Shown: one piece after another, positions 36,340 to 44,614 of the stretch
How positions within the stretch are numbered: position 1 is the first letter of the stretch
Layout: every line of letters begins with the position of its first letter
Source of the DNA: Vulcanimicrobiota bacterium
Lineage (GTDB): Bacteria; Vulcanimicrobiota; Vulcanimicrobiia; Vulcanimicrobiales; Vulcanimicrobiaceae
DNA: 64,000 nucleotides
Assembly (NCBI GenBank): GCA_963701255.1
Contig: OY969579.1
Span: 2,669,702-2,733,701 of the forward strand
Reading direction: 5' to 3'
The notes under the pieces: generated by a model
The model's input: only the letters and a program-made list of their open reading frames with translations
The model's database searches: none
What the model was told of the DNA's origin: nothing
Translations under genes and position numbers: made by a program

Positions 36340-37310
36340 ATGCGGCGGGTGAAGAAGCGGGCGAGCAGCGATGGTCGCGAACCGCTTTCCGCGCCGGGCT
36401 CCGGACGCTGCGGCACGGGTTGGGGAGCCGGCCGCGCAGCCGGCGCGGCACGCTGCGCCGGGGCCGTCAGAGCGGCGGCGGCGGCCGGGACCGCCAGGCC
36501 GCGCGCGCGGAGCGCCGCCACGACGTGATCGACGTTGACGATCTCCGCGCTGCGATCGGCCGCCTCGCCCATCGCGCCGCGCACGACGTTCGCCAGCCGG
36601 CGCGGCAGCCCGCCCCCCGCGGCGACCACGGCTTCGAGTGCGTCGGAGGTGAAGATGCGCGCCGCCGGCGGCTTGCCGGCTTGCTCCAGCCGGTACTCGA
36701 TGAGCGCGGCCGCCGCACCCGGATCGAGCCGTTCGAGGTGCAGAAAGCGATCGACGCGATCGGCGAGATTCTCGCGCGCCAGGATGCGCGCCTCGAGTTC
36801 GGGCTGTCCGAAGAGCACGAGGTTGAGCAGTTTGCGCTGCGGGATTTGGAAATTGAGCAAGAGCCGCAAGGTTTCAAGCCCGTCGTCGCTGAGGTTTTGC
36901 GCTTCATCGATGAGCAGGACCAGCGACTTTTCTTCGAGGACGGCCGTGTCGAAGAAGAAATTCTTGATCGCGTTCTTCAATGCGGCGCTCGAACGCGGCG
37001 GCAAGCCCAGGCCGAAGACGCGACCGATCGCCAGCAAGAACTCGACGTCACTTGCGAACGTCGGGTCGAGGATTTTCCCGATCACGACGTTTTCGTCGCG
37101 CAAGAGCGACCCTTCGATATAGCCGGAGAGCAACGTCTTCCCGGTCCCGGGTGAACCGATGACGACCGTCAAGCCGCGCGACTCGGCGATCCCGGAGAGT
37201 ATGACCAGGGCGTCGCGGCGCAGTGCCGGCAACTCACAGTAAAACTGCGGATCGGCCGTGTCGAGAAATGGATCGCGTTGAAGCCCGAAGTGCTGGTAGT
37301 ACCGGCGCAT
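36336..37310 (-). CDS. ExeA/GspA-like AAA ATPase (AAA_22 type)
   Basis: N-terminal YYQHFGL..DPF, Walker A GSPGTGKT, Walker B LLIDEAQNL, and LLLNFQ....LLNLVLFGQPEL, typical of the ExeA family. The C-terminal tail is Pro/Ala-rich with no PG-binding domain. Confidence 0.8.
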   Translation of the reverse strand: MRRYYQHFGLQRDPFLDTADPQFYCELPALRRDALVILSGIAESRGLTVVIGSPGTGKTLLSGYIEGSLLRDENVVIGKILDPTFASDVEFLLAIGRVFGLGLPPRSSAALKNAIKNFFFDTAVLEEKSLVLLIDEAQNLSDDGLETLRLLLNFQIPQRKLLNLVLFGQPELEARILARENLADRVDRFLHLERLDPGAAAALIEYRLEQAGKPPAARIFTSDALEAVVAAGGGLPRRLANVVRGAMGEAADRSAEIVNVDHVVAALRARGLAVPAAAAALTAPAQRAAPAARPAPQPVPQRPEPGAESGSRPSLLARFFTRRI

Positions 37311-37353
37311 TATCGACGGGGTTTCCCCGTAGGGCGCGAAACTCTTACGGGGC

Positions 37354-39945
37354 GTGGATTATTCGATCGTCATCCCCGTTTTCAATCGAGCGGATTTGAC
37401 ACGTCAGTGCCTGGCAGCGCTGCTCCCGGCACTCGCGAACGCCGGAAACGGCGAGGTAATCGTCGTCGACAACGGTTCCGAACCCGACACGGCTGCCGTT
37501 TTGGCCGATTTCCCCTGGGTTCGCGTGATTCGAAACGACCGCAACCTCGGCTTCGCCGCAGCGTGCAACCAAGGGGCACGTGCGGCGAGCGCACGCATCG
37601 TGATCCACCTCAACAACGACACGGTCGCGCCGGGAGCATGGGTCGAATCGCTGCTCGCCCACTTCGCCGATCCCGGCGTCGGCGTCGCCGGCGCGAAGCT
37701 GCTTTTCGGGAACGGCACGATCCAGCACGCCGGCGTCGCCATCGGGGGTGCTCGTTTCGGACCCGAGGGGATCGGCCCGTTCCATATCCTCGCGCAGGCC
37801 CCGGGGGATGCTCCGGCAGCCAACCGGACGCGCGACTTCGCCGCGGTTACGGGCGCGTGTCTCGCGACGCCGCGCGCACTCTTCCTGGAACTGGGCGGCT
37901 TCGATGAATGCTACTGGAACGGCTACGAAGACGTGGACTACTGCTTCAAAGTCGGTGCGCGCGGCTTGCGCGTGGTCTACGAGCCGGCGGCGTGGTTGTA
38001 CCATCTCGAATCACAATCCGGGGTGCAGCGCAAGCGCCGGTTGATGCATAATCTGCGCGAACTCGGGGCCCGCTGGGGCGAGCGTATCCTGCCCGACACC
38101 AACCGACTCTGCGGCCTGACGGGTCTCGTGCTCCGGGAGCGTTCGGTGCGCGGCGTGGTCGCGTACGCCGCGCATCCGCTCCCGCCCGCAAGCGTGCTCG
38201 TACACGGACCCGCTCCGCCGGATGCCGCCGCCTTCGCCGCCCGCTTACGCGGCGGCTCGGTCGTTCCTGAGGCGATCGTGTGGGCGGCCGACGGTCCGGC
38301 CCCGGCGGGCTGCGAGCCGGCCGCCGATTGGTTGGGGGCGGCGCGTTCGCTCACCGAGATCCGTGCCGAGCGGTACGTCGTCTTCATCGACACGCGCAGC
38401 GTTCTGGAGGCCGAGTGGCTGGCGGGTCTGATCGACGGGGTCGAATTCGGCGACAACGTCGCGGCTGCGGCGATCGGCGAGCCAGGCCCGGTGGCGCCGT
38501 ATGCCTTGAACGCGCGCGCGACCATCGTCGCGCTGCGGCGCGTCCCGCAAGACATACGCATCGAAGCGGCCGCATCGTGCGATGATGCGCTCGCCGGTTT
38601 CACACAAGCGCTGGTCGCGCGCGGCCGCGCGCTGCGCTTGGACCCCCGCCCCGGCCGCGTCGAGGCGACCATCGCACCCGACGCAGCGCGCCTGGAAGTA
38701 CTCTCGATGCCGCTCGAGGGCGGCGCCACGCTCGCGTCGATCGTGATGCTGAGTTGGAACGCGCCCGAGTACACGGAGATCGCGATGCGCTCGATTCGGG
38801 CGAATACGCGGCCGGGTACCTACGAGGTCATCATCGTCGACAACGGCTCGGATGACGACACGATCGCGCGCCTCAAGAAGCTGACCGGCGTTCGCATCCT
38901 CTACAACCGGCGCAACTTGGGCTTCGCGCGCGGCTGCAACCAGGGGATCGCAGCGGCCCGCGGTTCGCACATCGTGCTGCTGAAGAACAACGTCTTCGTA
39001 ACGGACGGCTGGCTGGACCGCTTGCTCGAGGCGCAGCGCTTCAACCCCTGCGCCGGGGTCACGGCGCCGCGCTCGAACAACGTCGCGGGCTCTCAGCGCC
39101 TGGACTCTTCGCCCTACTCCAACGAAACCGAATTGGCCGCGTTCGCGCTGCGGCGCGCGCGTGATTGGCATCGGCGCAACTACCACACCGATCGCGCGAT
39201 CGGTTTCTGCCTGTGCATCGACCGGCGCGTGATCGACGAAATCGGCGGTATCGACGAGCGCTACGGCGTGGGCAATTTCGAGGACGATGATTTTTGCGTG
39301 CGCGTGCGGGCCGCGGGCTACGAGATCCTGGTTTGCGAAGACGTGCTGGTCCATCACTTCGGGAGCATGAGCTTCAAGGCGAACAATGTCGACCATCGCG
39401 ATCGGATGGAGCGCAACTGGGCCGTGTTCGCGCAGCGCTGGGATCTCCCGCGCGCATATCCCGTCAACGGCTACGATGCCACCCCGGCGATCGAGCGCGG
39501 CTTCGATCGCGCGCGGGATTACGTCGCATTGCCGGACGAGCGCGAAGGCGGCGCGACCCGTTTGGGGGTGAAAGGGTTAACCCTCGTCGCGATCGTCGAA
39601 CGGGAAGCGGACTGGACCGCGATCGGAGCGGTCGCGAACAACTACCTGCGCGCCCTGCGAGCCGGCGACAACGTCGTCTTGGCGATCGCCGCGCGCGGCG
39701 AACCGGACGCCGCGACGATCGCTGGGCGCCTGCGGAAGACGCTTGAGAAGTACGGCCTGGAGCCCGCCGCGGCGGCCGGCGTCATCGTCGAAGACGTCGC
39801 CGATCTGGGCGGCTGGCTCGCGCACTTCGGAACGCGGCGAGTTGCCGTGCGCGCGCACCCGGAACTGCGCGGCATGCGCGAACTCGCCGAGCGCAGTCCC
39901 AGCGCCCTTGCGCGACTCGTGCGGAGCGAACATGCGGGTTCGTGA
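37354..39945 (+). CDS. dual-domain GT2 glycosyltransferase (copy 1, 863 aa)
   Basis: GTG start. Two GT-A cores: YSIVIPVFNR...VVDNGS...NLGFAAACNQG...HLNNDT, and SIVMLSWNA...IVDNGSDDDT...NLGFARGCNQG...LLKNNVFV. The second core lacks the Asp seen in copy 2. Confidence 0.88.
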   Translation: MDYSIVIPVFNRADLTRQCLAALLPALANAGNGEVIVVDNGSEPDTAAVLADFPWVRVIRNDRNLGFAAACNQGARAASARIVIHLNNDTVAPGAWVESLLAHFADPGVGVAGAKLLFGNGTIQHAGVAIGGARFGPEGIGPFHILAQAPGDAPAANRTRDFAAVTGACLATPRALFLELGGFDECYWNGYEDVDYCFKVGARGLRVVYEPAAWLYHLESQSGVQRKRRLMHNLRELGARWGERILPDTNRLCGLTGLVLRERSVRGVVAYAAHPLPPASVLVHGPAPPDAAAFAARLRGGSVVPEAIVWAADGPAPAGCEPAADWLGAARSLTEIRAERYVVFIDTRSVLEAEWLAGLIDGVEFGDNVAAAAIGEPGPVAPYALNARATIVALRRVPQDIRIEAAASCDDALAGFTQALVARGRALRLDPRPGRVEATIAPDAARLEVLSMPLEGGATLASIVMLSWNAPEYTEIAMRSIRANTRPGTYEVIIVDNGSDDDTIARLKKLTGVRILYNRRNLGFARGCNQGIAAARGSHIVLLKNNVFVTDGWLDRLLEAQRFNPCAGVTAPRSNNVAGSQRLDSSPYSNETELAAFALRRARDWHRRNYHTDRAIGFCLCIDRRVIDEIGGIDERYGVGNFEDDDFCVRVRAAGYEILVCEDVLVHHFGSMSFKANNVDHRDRMERNWAVFAQRWDLPRAYPVNGYDATPAIERGFDRARDYVALPDEREGGATRLGVKGLTLVAIVEREADWTAIGAVANNYLRALRAGDNVVLAIAARGEPDAATIAGRLRKTLEKYGLEPAAAAGVIVEDVADLGGWLAHFGTRRVAVRAHPELRGMRELAERSPSALARLVRSEHAGS

Positions 39946-41923
39946 CGACTTCTCATGGCTGGGTCCGGCGCTCGGGGCCGGGCGATTCGCCCAACTGCGT
40001 GCCGCAGATCTGGCCGTTGCCCGGTTCGAACCCGTCTTCCGCGACAAGCGCGGCGTCGGCGTGCTCGATCTCACGTTTGCACACGCCGGCGAGGCGTTCG
40101 CGCTTTGTGCGCTGTTGGTCGATCTCGTCGCGCTTTGGACCCTCGAAGCACCGCCGCTCGTGTGGCCCGCGACGCTCGCCGCAGGGCTCGATCCCGATTT
40201 TGCCGAGGCCGTAGAAGCGCGCGTCTATCCGTGGTTGCGCACGCTCGTGCGGGGCGTCGCCTCGCCCGGCGAGCGTCTGCGCAGCTACGGCGACGAGGCG
40301 GCGTTCGAGCGGGCACGCGCGGCGGGCTGGGTCGGCGCTATCCCCTGCGGGGCCGCGATCGTCGCGATGGCGCCGTTCGCCTACGCGCGCCGCTTCGCGC
40401 GCGATGCGCAGGTTTCGATCGCGGCCCGGCACGGCGCGCTGGCCGCCGCGCTGCTGCGCGACCGCGCGCGCGCGGTGCGGCTCGTCGCCGGCGCCTCGGC
40501 GCCGGAGGTGGCGTGGTACGGCGTCGCCGACTTGCTCGCCCCGTCGGCCGCGGTCGCCGCGGCCGACGTAGCGATCGTCGACCGCGCAGCCGCGGGACTT
40601 GGGGCCGCGACGATCGTCGCACTCGACGACGTGCCCGACGGCGGCCGGACGATCGACGTGCCGCAACCGGTGCCGCTCGACAACGGCTTTACCTTCGACG
40701 CCGCCGACGCGCCGGTGGTGCGCACGTTCGGCGTGTGGGCGCGACCGGCCGCGTCGCGTGCGCCCGCGCCGGCCGTCCCCGTCGCGCGCCGCGCGCAAGC
40801 GGATGGTCTGATCGGATTCGTGCTGCGTTCCGACGCGGGCTATGCGCCCGACGCGGACACGGACGAACTGCGCGTCCTGCGCGAGCTACTCGAAATCGAA
40901 GGACTGCGCAGCTTCGTGACGACCGATCCGCGCGATCCGCAACTCGGGCAAGCCGATCTGGTGCACGTCTTTGCCGCCTACGACGACCGGCATCTCGGGG
41001 CGGCGGCCGAGAGCGCGCTGCGCGGGCGCAAGCCGCTGGTCATCAGCCTCGAACCCCTCGCCGCCTACGCGAACTGGCAAGAAGACGCCTTGCTCATCGC
41101 CGTACAGATCGGGCTCGACCGCGTCGAGCGAGCGTTCTTCTTCGAGAACTATGCCGAGCGCCGCATCATCGTGAGGGGAACGCCGTTGCTCCCCGATGCC
41201 GCGCAGGTCCAGCAGCGGCGTGAGGAATTTCTCGTGAGCGCGCGCGCGGCGAGCGCCGTCATCACGGCCGCGTGTGACGAACCGGCGCTGCTCGGCCGCG
41301 AATTCGGCCTGCCGCCGGACGGCTTGATCGCGGGCGCGATCGCGCTGGGCGGCGAGCCGGACGGCGGCGACGTGGTGAGCGCGCTCGTGCCGCCGGGTCC
41401 GTTCGTGCTCATGCACGCGCCGCTCGTGCGGCGTTCGCATCTCTTGCTGGTGCTCACCGCACTCGCCCCGCTGGACATCGACGTCGTCGTCGCCGGCGAA
41501 CCGGCCGATGTCGACACCGCGATCTCCCTGCGCGCGGGCGCGGGGCGGGAGGTTCTCTTCCTGACCGAGCCGGCGCCGGCGGTGCTTGCCGGGCTCTATG
41601 CGCGCGCCGCCGTTTACGTGGAGCCCTCGCTGCGCTCGCGCTCTCCGGCACGGCTCGCGCGCGCGGTTCGTGCCGGTGCGTTACCGCTGGTTGCGCGCGA
41701 TGGACCGCTCGCTCGTTTGGTCCCGCCGGAACTCACCTTTTCGATCAGCGACCCGGCCGAGATCGCGGCGGCGATCGGGGGTGCGCTCGCTCGCCCCGAT
41801 CGGGTCGAACGCGCCCGGATGCTTGCCGCGGCGCTCGGCGGACTCAGCGATCCCGGACGCGCGCGCGACGCAGCGCTTGCCGCCTATGCGCGTGCGGCGG
41901 CTCGATCCGCGCCGGCATCCTGA
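39932..41923 (+). CDS. hypothetical protein with GT-B (GT4-like) C-terminal half (copy 1, 663 aa)
   Basis: Met64 of track ORF 39743, overlapping the upstream stop by 14 nt. The C-terminal PFVLMHAP..RRSHLL...VVAGE...LYARAAVYVEPS...RLARAVRAGALPLVA resembles a GT-B nucleotide-sugar binding half. Confidence 0.65.
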   Translation: MRVRDDFSWLGPALGAGRFAQLRAADLAVARFEPVFRDKRGVGVLDLTFAHAGEAFALCALLVDLVALWTLEAPPLVWPATLAAGLDPDFAEAVEARVYPWLRTLVRGVASPGERLRSYGDEAAFERARAAGWVGAIPCGAAIVAMAPFAYARRFARDAQVSIAARHGALAAALLRDRARAVRLVAGASAPEVAWYGVADLLAPSAAVAAADVAIVDRAAAGLGAATIVALDDVPDGGRTIDVPQPVPLDNGFTFDAADAPVVRTFGVWARPAASRAPAPAVPVARRAQADGLIGFVLRSDAGYAPDADTDELRVLRELLEIEGLRSFVTTDPRDPQLGQADLVHVFAAYDDRHLGAAAESALRGRKPLVISLEPLAAYANWQEDALLIAVQIGLDRVERAFFFENYAERRIIVRGTPLLPDAAQVQQRREEFLVSARAASAVITAACDEPALLGREFGLPPDGLIAGAIALGGEPDGGDVVSALVPPGPFVLMHAPLVRRSHLLLVLTALAPLDIDVVVAGEPADVDTAISLRAGAGREVLFLTEPAPAVLAGLYARAAVYVEPSLRSRSPARLARAVRAGALPLVARDGPLARLVPPELTFSISDPAEIAAAIGGALARPDRVERARMLAAALGGLSDPGRARDAALAAYARAAARSAPAS

Positions 41924-41965
41924 CGAACACAAAATAATCTGACCCGATCGCCCGAAGCATAGTCT

Positions 41966-44614
41966 ATGGAGTACTCGATCATCATCCCGGTGTTCAACCG
42001 GGAGGATCTCACCCGGAATTGCCTCGCGGCACTGTTGCCGACCGTCGCCGAGGCGGGTACGGGTGAAGTCATCGTGATCGACAACGGTTCGGCGGCGGCG
42101 ACGGCGGACGTCCTGGCCGCGTTTCCCTGGGTCCGGGTCATCCGCAACGAGCAGAACCTCGGCTTCGCGGCGGCCTGCAACCAGGGCGCACGGGCGGCCT
42201 CGGGCCGCTTCCTCGTGCACCTCAACAACGACACGATCCCGCTCGCCGGCTGGCTCGCGCGGCTGCTCGCGGTCGCGCGCGAGCCGGGTGTCGGCGTGAC
42301 CGGCGCGCGCCTGCTCTACGCGAACAACCGCATCCAGCACGCGGGCGTGCTGCTCTTCCCCGCCCGCTTCGGTCCCGAGGGCGCGGGCCCGTTCCATTTC
42401 TTGATGGGCCGCCCGGCGGACACGCCCGCGGCCCTCATTCGAACGGATTACGAAGCCGTGACCGGCGCGTGTCTGGTGACGCCGCGCGAACTCTACCTCG
42501 AACTGGGCGGCTTCGACGAATCGTTTTGGAACGGCTACGAAGACGTCGACTACTGTTTTTCCGTGCGCGCCCGCGGGCTGCGCGTGGTCTACGAACCGGC
42601 CGCCGTGCTCTATCATCTCGAGTCGCAGTCGGGCGTTCAGCGCAAGCGGCGTTTGGTGCACAACGTTCGCGAACTCGCCGCGCGCTGGGGCACGAAGATC
42701 CAGCCCGACCACAATCGCCTCTGCGGCCGCACCGGATACATCCGGCGCGAAGCGTTTCGCGGTTTCAATCGCACGTTCGTCCCGCTTTCGAACCCCGCCG
42801 TCACGGTGCTCGTTCACGGCGACGCGCCGGACGACGCGGCCGCGTTCGCGGCGCGCCTGCGTGAGAGCTCACCGGCCCCCGAGACGATCGTCTGGGCCGC
42901 GGGCGGACCGGCACCGGCCGGTACCCAGGCCGCCGATGGTTCGCCGGTCGCGCTGGCGCGCGCGCTGACCGAGTCGAGAGCCGATCGCTACGTCGCGTTC
43001 ATCGATACGCGCACGGTGCTCGAACCACAGTGGCTGGGCGAGTTGATCGATTCGGCCGAGTTCTCGCAAGACGTTTGCGCGGCGACCGTCGTACCGCCCG
43101 AAGAACGCGCGGCAACGACCACGCCGCTGGGCGCCGATGCGCGCTGCACGCTGGTCGCGACGCGGCAGTGGCCGCAGGACGTTCGCATCGATCCGGCCGC
43201 GACCTCGCTCGATGCGGCGCTGGTCGATTGGACCACCCGTGCGGTCGCGCTGGGACGGGCGGTGCGCGCCGTGCCGCGCCGGATCGCCGACATCGGGCCG
43301 CCGCTCCCCGGCGAACACGAAATCTTGCGCCGGGCCGATCCCGTGCGGCTCGAAGAACTCTGCCGCACGCCGTCTTCGCTCGGCCCGGTGTTCGCCTCGA
43401 TCGTCATGCTGAGTTGGAACGCGGCGCAGTATACGAAACTCGCGGTCGAGTCGATTCGCGCCTCGGCGAGCGCTGTGCCCTACGAGATCATCATCGTCGA
43501 CAACGGCTCCGACGAGCCGACGCGCGCGATGCTCGCCGAACTGACGGACGTACGGGTCATCTACAACGACCGTAATCTCGGCTTCGCGCGCGGCTGCAAT
43601 CAAGGCATCGCAGCCGCCGGTGGGACGCACGTCGTCCTGCTCAACAACGACATCTTGGTCAACGACGGCTGGCTCGACCGGCTGATCGACGTGCACCGCC
43701 GCGATCCACTCGTCGGCGTCTCCGCGCCGCGCAGCAACAGCGTCGCCGGCGATCAACAGATCTCCGACTTCTCGTATACCGACCGCGAGGGCATGCTCGC
43801 CTACGCGGCTCGCCGCGCGAAGACCTGGCGCGGCATCCACTACCGGACGGACCGGGCGATCGGGTTCTGTTTGTGCATCGCGCGCCGCGTGATCGACGAA
43901 GTCGGCGGGATCGACGAGCGCTACGGCGCCGGCAACTTCGAGGACGACGACTTCTCGATCCGGGTGCGGGCGGCCGGATACGAGATCGCCGTCTGCGAGG
44001 ACGTGTTCATCCATCACTTCGGCAGCGCGACCTTCAAGGCCAACAATCTCGACTATGCCGCATCGATGCAGAAAAACTGGGCGATCTTCGCGGCGCGCTG
44101 GGGATTTCCGCAAGCGTATCCGGTGAACGGGTATCAAGCCGAGCCCGCCATCCGGCGCGGGTTCGTGCGTGCGCAGCACTATGTCGCGTTGCCCGTCACG
44201 GCGCAGCCGGTGCAAGCGGCGCCGCCACCCGGCAAGACGTACGGTGTCGCACTGCTCGCGATCGTGGACGGTGAAGCGGCCTGGGGCCGGATCGGTCCGA
44301 TCGTGACGAACTACGCCCGCGCGCTCGCGCTCGGGGACGACACGGTGCTCGCGCTGGCTGCACTCGAACCGATGGATGCCAACACGCTGGCGGCGCGGGT
44401 CGAACGCGCGCTGAGGAAAGCCGGCATCGCGCCTCAGGATGCGCCGGACATCGAGATCGCCGACGTGTCGGACATTGCCGATTGGCGCTCGGGCGTCTGT
44501 GCCGGGCGCACGATCGCGGTCGAGCGGGACCTGCGTTTGATCGGTTGCGACCTGCTCGACGATCGCAGCCCCAGCGGCCTGCGGCGCCTGCTGCGTACGC
44601 CGGCGGCGGTGTAA
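41966..44614 (+). CDS. dual-domain GT2 glycosyltransferase (copy 2, 882 aa)
   Basis: Collinear paralog of 37354..39945 (by eye, well over half of N-terminal residues are identical). Both GT-A cores retain NND (HLNNDT, LLNNDILV). Confidence 0.88.
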   Translation: MEYSIIIPVFNREDLTRNCLAALLPTVAEAGTGEVIVIDNGSAAATADVLAAFPWVRVIRNEQNLGFAAACNQGARAASGRFLVHLNNDTIPLAGWLARLLAVAREPGVGVTGARLLYANNRIQHAGVLLFPARFGPEGAGPFHFLMGRPADTPAALIRTDYEAVTGACLVTPRELYLELGGFDESFWNGYEDVDYCFSVRARGLRVVYEPAAVLYHLESQSGVQRKRRLVHNVRELAARWGTKIQPDHNRLCGRTGYIRREAFRGFNRTFVPLSNPAVTVLVHGDAPDDAAAFAARLRESSPAPETIVWAAGGPAPAGTQAADGSPVALARALTESRADRYVAFIDTRTVLEPQWLGELIDSAEFSQDVCAATVVPPEERAATTTPLGADARCTLVATRQWPQDVRIDPAATSLDAALVDWTTRAVALGRAVRAVPRRIADIGPPLPGEHEILRRADPVRLEELCRTPSSLGPVFASIVMLSWNAAQYTKLAVESIRASASAVPYEIIIVDNGSDEPTRAMLAELTDVRVIYNDRNLGFARGCNQGIAAAGGTHVVLLNNDILVNDGWLDRLIDVHRRDPLVGVSAPRSNSVAGDQQISDFSYTDREGMLAYAARRAKTWRGIHYRTDRAIGFCLCIARRVIDEVGGIDERYGAGNFEDDDFSIRVRAAGYEIAVCEDVFIHHFGSATFKANNLDYAASMQKNWAIFAARWGFPQAYPVNGYQAEPAIRRGFVRAQHYVALPVTAQPVQAAPPPGKTYGVALLAIVDGEAAWGRIGPIVTNYARALALGDDTVLALAALEPMDANTLAARVERALRKAGIAPQDAPDIEIADVSDIADWRSGVCAGRTIAVERDLRLIGCDLLDDRSPSGLRRLLRTPAAV

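Noticed and set aside
38245-39396. 383-aa minus-strand ORF (and the analogous 42869..44215)
   Set aside because: Both are antisense to the dual-GT2 paralogs. That they also look 'paralogous' is a consequence of the sense-strand duplication.
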